Positions 52,525-64,000 of a stretch of DNA of 64,000 nucleotides are shown piece after piece. The notes below the pieces were generated by a model, which worked only from the letters and a program-made list of their open reading frames with translations, was not told the origin of the DNA and made no database searches. Both the position numbers and the translations under genes were made by a program. Origin of the DNA: Eledone cirrhosa (lineage: Eukaryota). The stretch spans positions 301,444,001 to 301,508,000 of the forward strand of contig OZ024740.1 of NCBI GenBank assembly GCA_964016885.1, given 5' to 3'. The number at the start of each line of letters is the position of its first letter. Position 1 is the stretch's first letter.

Positions 52525-54461
52525 TCTGAAAGATACTGTAACCAGGGACACGCGTGATTGCCAGAACATTATTTTCTTCTTTTATTATAATAGGAAATTA
52601 ATTGTTTGATTAATTACAGTATTATACGCTATCAATTTAAGGACTGGCTTCCAGAGTTTGAATGGAGATATGTTTAGTAACCCCAATAATGACGAATAAT
52701 CACCATGACAACTAAAACCTGCTCGCTTTAAATTCTCTTTCACATTTTATAATGCAAATTTTAAAAGGAGGTGCTGAAAGGAAATATACTTTAACATTCA
52801 GGTCTTTCTTTGTGGTGCTCCGTTTATGCATATGAGATATTCTACATATATTTGTTTGCGCGTTTTTATTAGGAATCCGTGGGAAATATTAATGTTCATT
52901 GCAGTTTTGTAATATTATGGAATCTAACAAATTGATGCAAATTTCCATCTTCATATTTTGTGGTCTTATTGGAATAAATCAACGGAAATATATTGACGAA
53001 TTTCTGATTTTGATAACGGAATATTCTTACTATAAACCAAATTGAATCCTATAGTCTACAGGACATTAAGAAAAACTCTTGGATACTTCATCATTTATCA
53101 TTTAGTATGATCAAATCTAACTGCAAATTAATAAGCGGTTCTCTAAATAGTAACATAACTCAATATAAATGCATTTTACACTCATTACAGGATCTTACAC
53201 CAGGATATCATTTTTGCATCAGTGAAATAATGTACTTTTAAATAAAGAAATTTAAACAGAATAAAATGAGATTTGTAAAGTAATACAAAATAAATGAATG
53301 GGAATAGTAATTCTCATTTGTTCTTTAATGATCATCCTATTTCATTCTACTAAGTGTATATCTATGCCTATATTACAATATATGGTATTCTCTTCTAATA
53401 GGAGCAATGTGAATGAAACAGGTAAATGGAAGGCATTGTAGGATGAACTAATAGAACAGACACACCTGTGTTTTGCCTTTTCCAATGTATAACAATATGT
53501 ATATATATATAGAGAGAGAGAGAGAAAGAGAAGGGGCGTGTGAGAGTGAATGATGGTAAGAGACAGAGGAAGGTATGTAAGACACAATTGAGGAAAAACA
53601 ACTAAAAATTATTTCAAAACCTATTTCATGTTTCGCAAATAGGTATAAATAAGCTTTTGAACAATAGGCACATGAAATGGTTTACTTCAACTTTTTACCT
53701 TTCTCTTAATATAGAGATTCAAAAAGAAAAGTTAAATGTTTATCAATGTGAATCAATTAAACACCTTCAATGTTGCAATGTGCATTGCTTTTAAGTAGCA
53801 AAATATTGCTTTATGGAAACATGTCACCATAAACTGTATTGCTTTATAATGGTGATTCACTATCCCCAAAATTTTCACCGGCAATTTAATCGAAACATTC
53901 TTCGTGATTCAAATTTAAACCGTGCATAATTTTATTTGAACTGAGAAGCATAATATTATCATATTATCAGCATATTAAGATAGCTACATGATGCTGAATG
54001 CTTTCAGAAACATTTCCCCGTAATATTTCTCGCAAATACTACGGCTATCATTATACAAAATGCAAAAACACTCTTGCACATGTAATATTGAAATAAACCG
54101 GAATGCCAATGCTTCAAAGATAGACCCTAAAGTATTATCCGCAACAAATATGCCAGTAGGTGACAATGTGTATACATCAAATTTACAGACGATGCACGAA
54201 CATGCACGGACACACTACCAAATATTCCTTAGGATATTGATATAATGAGCCTCAAAAATATCATCCCAATGCGTGTATATATATATATATATATATACAT
54301 ACTACCAAAATTAAATTAAAATGCCATGTCTGAAAATATCAGAAGCATGCGCGATATAACCTGTGGAATTAGCTCAAAGATTCCATTAAATGAACAGTCC
54401 AATGACATATATATATATATGTATATAATAAACAATTACAGGGGATAATATGTAAAGAGTT

Positions 54462-56978
54462 TGTAGCGCTCTCTAGACAGGAGGTAGCTGGAGTTACTTC
54501 CCGTTGAGGTTGCAGAATATTCTTAGGGATTTCCGTCCGAGGGGACTATACAGGTTCGCTCCGCCGAACGTATACTCTCTCGCTTCCTGACCAGTGAAAA
54601 GGTAAACAACTAACTTTCTTTCGTCGTGAAACCAACAGCTCTCCTTTAACCTGCCTGGCCCCTTGGCCAGGCGCGTTCCGCCGAGGGTGTACTCTCTGGC
54701 AACATGAACATGGTATTTTAAAGACCTCTTGGTCTCTTTTGCGCTGACTTCAAAACGGTAAACAACTAACTTTAATTCATCCTTTAAACTCTCTTCGCAT
54801 GTCAACTATTCTGCTCTACATAGCTCAACCTTGTTAAATAAACATTGTTCATACAACCCAGTGTCCTGTTATAATTGGTGACCCCGACGTAATCGACGAA
54901 TGACGCGCGGACGAGGCCATTTTCCATCATTCCATGCTTTTCGTATGCAAGGCGGTGCGGCTCGCTCTGAGCACTCTAATTTGTTCACAGTGAACGTATA
55001 AGCATGCAAATGCTTATACGAGTTGTTATGTTCATCAAAATTGACATGTTGAATATAACAATTCAGTCACCATGTTATAATTGGTGACCCCGATAAAAAA
55101 ATAATAGGTACTGGTTTTGTGTGAATATGAAAAAAACAAAATTAATTAGTAGTATTTCAAAAAGAAAAAATTCCTCTAACAACATTCCACATGGATTTTT
55201 CTACAACATTTTTTCTACAACATTCCACATGGATTTTGTCTACAACGAAAAATATAAGTATCTTTTCCTCAGCATCAAACAAACAAGAACAATTTTTGCT
55301 TTTCACCTCACGTGTTTACATCGTTTAAATGTGTTTTAATCACTGGATATATCCTTCGTCCGTCTCACAACGAACACTCAAAAAGACTTGGACTCCTGTA
55401 TTCTTATATTCAGCATGTCAATTTTGATGAACATCACGGCTCGCTTATTCATTCAACTAAGCCTTTTTCGCCACTTTTTCGTCACTTTAAAAAAAAAATT
55501 GAACTCACGCCATATACAAAGTGAATATAGCCTTTCCTTATTTTTCATCACATCACGTTCACACACAAAAGTTTCAAAATGGCTGCCAACGACCTGTTCC
55601 ACTGTCATTTTCGCGCTATTTTCTCGCGCAATAGAAATTTTTTTTTTTTCAACTTGACTTTAACCTTGTTTCGGCACGTGTGGGAGCACACATCTCGACT
55701 CACTGAGATAACACACGCCATAGATAATGTTTCTTGGCAAGGGTTCTCCAGCGTTAAGCTATACTCTCCTATTTGCCGGTTTAAATATTTACCACGTAAA
55801 CTTGCCGTTGAAAACTGCGCATTTATTCAGAATGCTTATTTCTATGGTCCCTGGCCTCTTGACCCATTCATGCCAACGCGTTCTCAACATCGAACATCAA
55901 CGTTGGCTGTTATTTCTAGCACTTTGCGCAACTCATCTTTTCTGGGAAACTTTTTACTGTGAATGGAAAGAACATCGAATAACCTCACTCCGCGAGACAA
56001 GAACAACACAGCTTCATCTTTGCTTTATCAATAACCAAAACCAGCAGAACAAAACACAGATAATTTATTTTTGCAGCACTCTTCCTGTGAAAAAATCCCA
56101 CCGCCTTCGGAGGTTGGGAATTTCACGTTGTACCACAGTCCAGAAACCACCTGAATATATTCTCTTGGTGACACACTCTCTTTCCTGCTGTCATGTTAAC
56201 TTTATTTTTGAACATTTGAACTTTATTTGTTAATAACTATGTTAGAGCATGTTTCTTTGCTCCTTTGACCTCTTCTAAGGTGGATTACATTGTATCTTTG
56301 TGTGATGGATAGATAGACGTCCAGTCGTTCTCTGGCCAAGAGCGATTGGCTACCTTGGTATATATCATTAATTTGTGCATGCTCATTTCGCTATTTGCTT
56401 GCTCATGTTTTGTTCATTCATGTTCTTGTACCTTTTGCCTTGCTCCTCGTGTTCTCGCTACAATGATTTCATTTGGTCATTCGACTTCTCGTCTGGGAGG
56501 GGAGTGCAGTAGCGCTCTCTAGAAGGAAGTAGATGGAGTTACTTCCCGTTGAGGTTGCAGAACATTCTTAGGGAATTCCGTCCGAGGGGACTATAAAGGA
56601 GAGAGCCGAAACCTAACTTCCTCTCATTACACCGTTTGACTGCTGGCCTTCGGCCAGGCGCGTTCCGCCGAACGTATACTCTCTCGCTTCCAGACCAGTG
56701 AAAAGGTAAACAACAAACTTTCTTTCGTCGTGAAATCATCAGCTCTCTTTTAACCTGCCTGGCCCTTCAGCCAGGCGCGTTCCGCCGACGGTGTTACTCT
56801 CTGGCAACCTGGACATGGTAATGTAAAGACCTCTTGGTCTCTTGTGCACTGACTTCAAAACGGTAAACAACTAACTTTAATTCATCCTTTGATCTCTCTT
56901 GGCATGTCAACTATTCTGCTCTACGTAGCTCAATCTTGTTAAATAAACATTGTACATACAACCCAGTGTCCTGTAATA
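54462..56978 (+). mobile_element. Non-autonomous Gypsy-like LTR retrotransposon (LTRs 54462-54873 and 56508-56978)
   Basis: Direct LTRs; 4 bp TSD AGTT (54458-54461 and 56979-56982); PBS after the 5' LTR; PPT GGGAGGGGAG at 56495-56504; 1.63 kb interior with no recognisable gag/pol. Confidence 0.88.
54876..54893 (+). promoter_or_regulatory. Primer-binding site complementary to tRNA-Trp
   Basis: TGGTGACCCCGACGTAAT versus the known Trp PBS TGGTGACCCCGACGTGAT. Confidence 0.8.
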
Positions 56979-57280
56979 AGTTTAAACACACAATTACGGA
57001 GGTAACATATTGCAAATTAACGAGAACCCAGAATATAGATAATTTCATAAAGATTAATCTCGTTTGTTTATATTCCATTCAAGAAATATATGTCACCATT
57101 AATCGGTGAATCGTAGTTGTTAAATTTTGGATCATCGGCAAAGAAGTAGATTTAACTATCTATTATTACTCGCTAAAAGCAAATCAGGGAATAACGACGA
57201 AAATCACATACGGTTTTTTAAAAGAAATCACATCACCCTGTTGATATGTTTATTATATATATGTCATTCCATTTTTAACT

Positions 57281-57374
57281 GGTCTGTTGGAGATGCAGGA
57301 GATGGCAGCGATAATGAGGGACAGAGACCGCTGGAGAGAACTCGTCCATGGATCTCGGGAATTTTACCCGCCTT

Positions 57375-57378
<4 letters not shown>
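57281..57378 (+). mobile_element. Severely 5'-truncated copy of the 12.6-15.9 kb RTE
   Basis: Matches the reverse complement of 12625-12720 and ends CCTTAG(AT)n. Confidence 0.85.
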
Positions 57379-57409
<31 letters not shown>

Positions 57410-57414
<5 letters not shown>

Positions 57415-57591
57415 CGAACGAGCTGTGGTAAGGAACCAGATAGATCATAACGCATAGAGTTACGGCAGTAGAGTGGGTAATAGGAAAATGTATGACCACG
57501 ACGGCAGAGCTCAAGTCGTTTCGACGGCTATTTCTGGACCACAAATAGCCGCCGAAAGGGCTTGAGCTCTGCCGTCGGGGTCATACATGTG

Positions 57592-57596
<5 letters not shown>
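57410..57596 (-). mobile_element. Micro-PLE family B palindrome
   Basis: Same tail and HHR 3' half as 39761; inversion centre lies in the GGCTATTT...AAATAGCC hairpin. Confidence 0.78.
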
Positions 57597-57666
<70 letters not shown>

Positions 57667-58042
57667 TTTTCGAACGGTAGTGCTTCGGTAGAAAATAAAA
57701 TGAGAAATTTAAGACGAAATGGCAACTTTGGAGAGACAGGTACGAGTAAAAACCTACAAGAGAAAACATCAGGTTAATTCACGTTGCCAGCACTAACAAT
57801 ACATGAGTAGATTCATCGCCACTATGCTTACCATGCTAATGAAATAAATCTAATTCAGAGAAGCAAATTCATATTGAGCTTCGTATTCAAAACCACTGAC
57901 TAGTAGTAAAGTAATCTAAAATAAGAACACTTCACAAACAGATTTCCCTCGGGATACACCGTTAGTTAGGCAACCTAAAGCTAGCAGACCTCACTAAATT
58001 CTCTTAATGCAGTTTCCAGAAATAAAAAAATAGAGCTGACAC

Positions 58043-58111
<69 letters not shown>

Positions 58112-58283
58112 GGGGGTGTGTGTGTGTGTGTGTGTGTGCGTGTGTCTTTAAAGCGTAGGAATATGCTAGACCCCCAGTAGACAACTGACGAGGAAAACTC
58201 CCCCACCCTGTTCTTGCTTTCTTCGTATTCCCACTGCATTCTAAGTTACCTTATATAGCAACTACAGAGCCATTTCTATTCTC

Positions 58284-58329
<46 letters not shown>

Positions 58330-58333
<4 letters not shown>

Positions 58334-58470
58334 ACGAAGGAGTCGTGGTAAGGAACCAGATGGACCATAACGCACCAGAATACCCAATACTTAGGGTAGT
58401 TGAGTGGGTAATAGGCGAAAGTATGACCCGACGGCTTGAGCTCTGTCGTCGGGGTCATACTTTCTTCTAT
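58330..58470 (-). mobile_element. Micro-PLE family B palindrome (shortest)
   Basis: GTATGACCCGACGGCTTGAGCTCTGTCGTCGGGGTCATAC; inversion centre lies in stem III. Confidence 0.78.
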
Positions 58471-58484
58471 ATATATATATATAT

Positions 58485-58875
58485 ATAATATAAGATCAAA
58501 AGATGGTTAAAGGAGTTCCATGTATTTTATTATGCGCATTTCAAAAACAAACATCATCATGCAATAATATTTGTGTTTTCATCAGATAAAACAGGAGAAC
58601 ATGATATGAAGGCTAAAAAACACTTGTGGATAGTGCAGTTTTAAATCAACATATATCCACAAGTGTTTTTTAGCCTTCATATCATGTTCTCCTGTTTTAT
58701 CTGATGAAAACACAAATATTATTGCATGATGATGTTTGTTTTTGAAATGCGCATAATGGAACTCCTTTAACCATCTTTTGATCTTATATTATGTATACTC
58801 CAGTCCTACAAACTGTAGAGTGCTTCTTATCCGATATCTGCATTGCTTTATTGTACTAAAATAAAACTCACCTCC

Positions 58876-58879
<4 letters not shown>
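58485..58879 (+). mobile_element. Micro-PLE family A palindrome (HHR 58525-58591 minus intact; 58695-58757 plus with stem I deletion)
   Basis: Same arms and tail as 44091-44432. Confidence 0.9.
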
Positions 58880-58943
<64 letters not shown>

Positions 58944-59427
58944 CATATATATATATAGTATTCGACTCTAACCATAATTTTCAGTAGTACCACCCTACAT
59001 AATTCCTCAATTTAAGAATGACCTCTAGTATCGAATTTCAATCTGTAAACCTCGATTGAATATATATCTGACCAGGAATGCTTTTTGTGAAAATCATTCA
59101 CATGGAACTATTGTCCTCTTGCCTGGTGGTTTGAACTTTAAAACACCACCTGCCTCTTTGAGGTCAAATACCAACCCTACTAGCATCTACAAGCTGACCA
59201 ATGAGAATTAAGATTATTCCTGCTGACAACATTAAATTTTCCCTAACAAGCTCATATGTCCCAACGATCAACACAGAGCTGGAATATCTAAGAACTGATT
59301 AACTGCCTCATGAGGTCATATCCATTCAATGGCTATCATCGAAATATATATACCAGTAAATAAAGGATTATGAGTTCATGCAATTGACTTATGTTTCGTC
59401 ACTATATATATATACATATATATATAT

Positions 59428-61140
59428 CACCTCTTCTACCGCCCTCTACCCTCCGATCCCACCCCCCTCTACCAACAACAAGTCTCCTCCACCATCAAAG
59501 ACCTTATCGCCTCCTCCCTCCTCCCCCCATCGCTTCCCACCTCATCGTCCGCACCCCCCGCACCCCCACCATCTACTTCCTCCTCCACAAACCCGACAAC
59601 CCCGGCCGCTCCATCGTCTCCGCTTGCAACTGCCCCACCGAACTCATCTCCGCCTTTCTCGACTCCCTCCTCGCCCCCCTTGTCACCACCCTCCCCTACC
59701 ACATCTCCGACACCAACCACGCCCTGCGCCTTTTCGACTCCTTCACCTACCCACCCGGCCCACAGCCCTTCCTCTTCACCCTAGACATCAAGTCCCTCTA
59801 TACCGTCATCCCCCACGCCGACGGCCTACGCGCCCTGAAACACTACCTCGACCTGCGCCCCTCCCCCATTCCCTCCACCCCCACCCTCCTTCGCCTCGCC
59901 GAGCTGGTCCTCACCATCAATTGTTTCTCCTTCCCGGGTGAGTTTTACCAACAGGTCACGGGGGTAGCCACGGGTACAAGAATGGACCCGAACTATGCCA
60001 ACCTTTTTGTAGGCCATGTTGAGGCCCAAATCTTTGCCCAGTACACCGGCCCCACGCCCGAACTGTACGGTCGTTACATTGACGACTGTATCGGAGCCAC
60101 GAGCCTCACCCGAGAACAGCTCGACTCCTTTCTCTCCTTCTTCTGCTCCTTCCACTCCTCCCTCCACTTCACCACCGCTATCTCCACCACCCACGTCCAC
60201 TTCTTAGACATCTCCGTCGCCTTCGACCCCTCCCACCATTCCCTCGTCACCTCCGCCTTCTTCAAACCCACCGACTCCCACTCTTACCTCGACTTCACCT
60301 CTTCCCACCCCACCCACACTAAACACTCTATTCCCTACTCCCAACTCCTCAGGATCCGCCGCCTCTGTAGCCGAGCTGCTGACTTCGAGTCACAGGCCCT
60401 TTCCCTAGTCAGCCATTTGATCCGTAGAGGTTACCCCCCTCTCTCGTCCACACCGCTCTCACCCGCCCGTGCTGTCCACCGCTCCACCACCCTCACCCCA
60501 CGCCACCTCACACCCACCCACCGTCTCCCCTTCCCATCACCTACCACCCCTCCACCTTACCCATCCACCGCACCATCCGCCGCCTCTTCGGACGCCTCCA
60601 GTCAGACCCCTCCACCTCCCACATCTTCCCAACCCCACAACTCCCCTCCTTCAAACGCGCACGTAATCTCCGCACCCTCCTCGTCCACAGCTCCCTACAC
60701 TCCAACCCACGCTCTGTTCCCCCCCGGTTTCTTTCCCTGTTCTAGGCCCCACTGCAACACCTGTCCCCACATCACCAACACCACCACCTTCCAGGGTCCC
60801 AACGGCCACTCTCTCTCTGTCCGGCATGCCTTCCGCTGCACATCCTCCAACCCAGTCTACGGAATTCCCTGCACGGAGTGTAGCGCGACTTATGTCGGAC
60901 AGACGGGACGTCGCCTGGCGGACCGATCACTGAGCACCTCCAGGATATTTGTCTCGGTGGTAGTTCCCCCATCGCCCGCCACTTTGGTGGCCCTGGACAT
61001 TCCACACGCCATCTAACAGTCTGTGGCCTACTCCAATGCCACGGAACACCCGCCAATCGCCTTAGAGTCGAACAAAGAACTATCTTCATCTTACAGACCC
61101 ACACTCCCCCCGGCCTGAACTCCCCACCCTTATTCCTTTA
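59428..61140 (+). pseudogene. PLE RT and GIY-YIG endonuclease, frameshifted
   Basis: PGRSIVS...LDIKSLYT...QVTGVATGT...RYIDD...FLDI...KPTD...SSHP...IPYSQ. Linker CSRPHCNTC (Neptune-like Cys motif). VYGIPCTEC...YVGQTGRRLADR; end LQTHTPPGLN in another frame. Confidence 0.92.
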
Positions 61141-62629
61141 GCCTTCGACCCCCCCACAAACTTATCCCCCACTAACACCACTAACACACCCCTCCTTTTC
61201 ACCGCCCACCCCACAGCTAACAATACTAACACCTCCACTCCACCCGTCATCCGACCACCCTTCCCTAACTAACATACTAACATCCCTCCCTTCTTCTCCT
61301 CCTCCCCCCTCCTTATCACACGCACACACCCACCGGCACATATATACACGCGCTCACACTAAACACACACCCTACTACCACCACTAACCCTCACCCCGAC
61401 ACCTCCATCCCACCACCCCACAACTAACCTCACTAACACCCCCTAACCCCAAGCACACGAACACACGCACCCACTTACACCACCCACCCCATACGCAACT
61501 AACATCACTAACACCCCCCAACCCCACGCACACGTACCCACACACCCTCGTACACCACCAACTCTACACACCCTACCACCACTAACCCCCACTCACACCC
61601 GCATTCAACCCTTCCCCACCTCCCGTATACTAACACCCACTAACACCCCCTTCATAAAACTACACACACACCAGTACACCACACTCCCTCCATAGAACCA
61701 CACACACCCTTCTCTCTCCCCGCTCCACCCACACCCTCGCTCCACACTCACCCATCCCACTAACACCTCTACTAATATACACACACACACCCTTCTCACT
61801 CCAACTTTCACACCTACCCATCCTCGCCACTTTACCATTCCACCGACTGCTGCTTTGCCCTCTAACCACCTCCCAGCACAAACAGACACACAGCACTCCC
61901 ACTGCTTGACCACTTCCTGTTGCGCGCGCACCCCACATCTCTCCTCTTCCGACCATCTCTTCATGGAATACTCGTATGTGGAACTTGACCACCACGGAAT
62001 CCACTAAACATCATAGGATTTTACCAACTTTTCAACCATCCTCTTACGTAATCACCTATATAACTCACCCACACAGACACCCTAAACAACTTTTTTCTCC
62101 ACACGCCACCTACACCCACAACACGCTTAAACCCCACACACACGTGCTTTCCACCACATATTTACACCCTCAACCTCCTGATTCCTCTCCCCCCACTCCT
62201 CTAACCACACACGCACATACACTCCGACCTACAACCCCCCCCTCCCCCCCCCACACACACCTCTTCCTGAACATGCAACCCCGTTCTTCCCCCAACCCTT
62301 ACTTTCACATACACACACACACACACACGTACACCTACACACACACACCACCTTCAGCCCTCCCCGCTCGGACAACCCGTCTCCCTCTCCCTACTCCACC
62401 CGCCATGACCCCAACACACCCCACACCCTTCCACCACCTGTTTTACCCCATTTTTAATTTCAGTTTATTTTGATCATGCTTTTATATTTAATTTTATTTC
62501 ATTCCTTGTATTTTGATCATGCTTTATTTTTATTTTTATTTTTAATTTCATTCGCACCGTTTCCTTTCGCTATATGTCTCTCCACCACTCCCCTACACAC
62601 CCTTTGAACTCTGTTCCCACACACTTCTC

Positions 62630-62661
62630 ACCTGAGGAAGGGCTTATGCCCGAAACGTCGT
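62630..62661 (+). ncRNA. Minimal type I hammerhead ribozyme (pLTR)
   Basis: AC CTGAGGA AGGGC TTAT GCCC GAAA CG TC GT, the classic minimal PLE HHR with palindromic ACGT. Confidence 0.85.
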
Positions 62662-62780
62662 TCCCCACCACCACCCCACTCTCTAGAGCGTGAAATTAAA
62701 AAACATTCGTTGTACTGCCTCTCTGTTTTGTTCCTGTTCAAATTTGTCCATTATATATATATACATATATATATATATAT

Positions 62781-63645
62781 AAAGTTTCGTGAAATAGTAT
62801 TTTACGACTATATAGTGCATTTGTAGTTTTCCCCAAATTGACGGTTAAGTATTTCTTCTTGATTTTATTTTGTGTTAAGATTGTACTGCTTTTTCCCCAA
62901 CTTACACAAAGTCTGAGGATAAAGTTTCTTTTCTTGATTTATTTTAAATTAAGATTGTATTAGTTTTCCCATATCTTACATTAAAAATGTTTCTATCTCG
63001 ATGGTATAGTCACTTATATGTCTGAATTATTGTGGCCATTTTGCTTACATTAATTTCTCTATTTCCATTTATATATTTATACTCGGAGCTTTCCTAGAGT
63101 GCCACTTAATATTTGTGACTAATACCGTTTTTTTCTTTTTTTAAAATGCGATAATATTGCTTATGCTGAACTCCATAATTTTGTTGAGTTTTTTCGGAAT
63201 GTTTTGACTGGTGTTTCTTGTAAACAGCCTCTCGTCTCATCCCGCCATCACTAGCGTCTGTCCACATGTGCTTGGTTATTTAAATTTCACACGCTGTCGC
63301 ATGCCTGCTTTTAATTCACCTCTGGTATTTTAGCAGTGGTTATCTAGTTAATGTATTGAGCACTACTTAGGTCTATACTCAAGATCTATACTCAAACGTG
63401 ACTAACCACACTGAAAAGTTTCGTCTTTTAAGACTATACAGCATATTTGTATTTTTCCCCAAATTGACGGTTAAGTATTTCTTCTTGATTTATTTTGAGT
63501 TAAGATCTTTTTGATTTGCTTTAAATTAAGATTGTATTACTTTTCCCTCATCTTACATTAACATGTTCTTCATCTTGATGGTATAGTCACTTATATGTCT
63601 GAATTATTGTTGGCATTTTGCTTACATTAATTTCTCTATTTTCAT
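62781..63645 (+). repeat. Partial tandem element (62781-63070 similar to 63416-63645), period ~635 bp
   Basis: AAAGTTTCGT...CCCCAAATTGACGGTTAAGTATTTC...GCTTACATTAATTTCTCTAT occurs twice, bounded by (TA)n. Confidence 0.8.
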
Positions 63646-63699
63646 ATATATATATATGTAATAATAATAAATTTATATAATAATAATATATATAAGCAA

Positions 63700-64000
63700 A
63701 CGAATGAGTGAATGAAAGAGTTACAAGCAGTTAAAACATTTTTTTATATAGCGCTTACACTTATTTCGCCTAGAGAGGCTCGTCGGATGCAGAAATTCCA
63801 ATAGTTTCAATAATACTGTTCGAAGATCTTCCAACAGTATGCATGGAGACGTGAAGTTGTGATAATCTCTCAACGATAATTATAATTAAACACCTAACTA
63901 TTGGAATGTCTGCCTTCGACGAGCCCTTCCGGGCGAAACACGTGTAGTAGCTATGTAAAGAAATGTTTTAACGGCCTGTGACTATTTCATTCACTCATTT
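63700..64000. mobile_element. Older PLE inverted pair with C4-variant HHRs (63751-63791 minus, 63910-63950 plus)
   Basis: CCGACGA GCC TCTCTA GGC GAAA TAAGTG TA and TCGACGA GCCC TTCC GGGC GAAA CACGTG TA, in diverged inverted arms; runs off the window end. Confidence 0.7.

Larger units (their letters stand above)
59428..62752 (+). mobile_element. 5'-truncated Neptune-type Penelope-like element
   Basis: RT plus GIY-YIG, a 1.5 kb C/A-rich UTR and a terminal HHR; (TA)n on both sides. Confidence 0.92.

Noticed and set aside
59378-62473. Pro/His-rich and antisense Gly/Val-rich ORFs over the Neptune element
   Set aside because: By-products of the C skew (few stop codons) and of frameshifts.

Overview
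AT-rich eukaryotic DNA made mostly of repeats, probably intronic or intergenic. The SINE family and repeat landscape suggest an octopus or other cephalopod (inference). No intact host gene is evident; there are only three weak candidate exons on the minus strand at 1.2-4.7 kb. The window holds (TA)n/(TG)n/(TAA)n microsatellites, about 12 tRNA-derived SINEs, a full-length decayed RTE LINE, a head-to-head Tx1/L1 pair, Dong/R4, CRE and Helitron remnants, a non-coding Gypsy-like LTR element, a long foldback element, and many Penelope-like element (PLE) pieces of Neptune- and Naiad-type. The main hidden signal is RNA structure. Roughly 20 complete or partial type I hammerhead ribozyme (HHR) motifs can be read by eye, including core variants. 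The best candidate for an undescribed system is an ORF-less tandem repeat of ~690-740 bp at two loci (17.8-18.75 kb and 42.7-44.5 kb). Each unit carries one hammerhead with covarying stems and a dense Pol II promoter-motif cluster, as expected of a large retrozyme-like or circular-RNA element. All ribozyme calls are by eye; no folding or database search was run.
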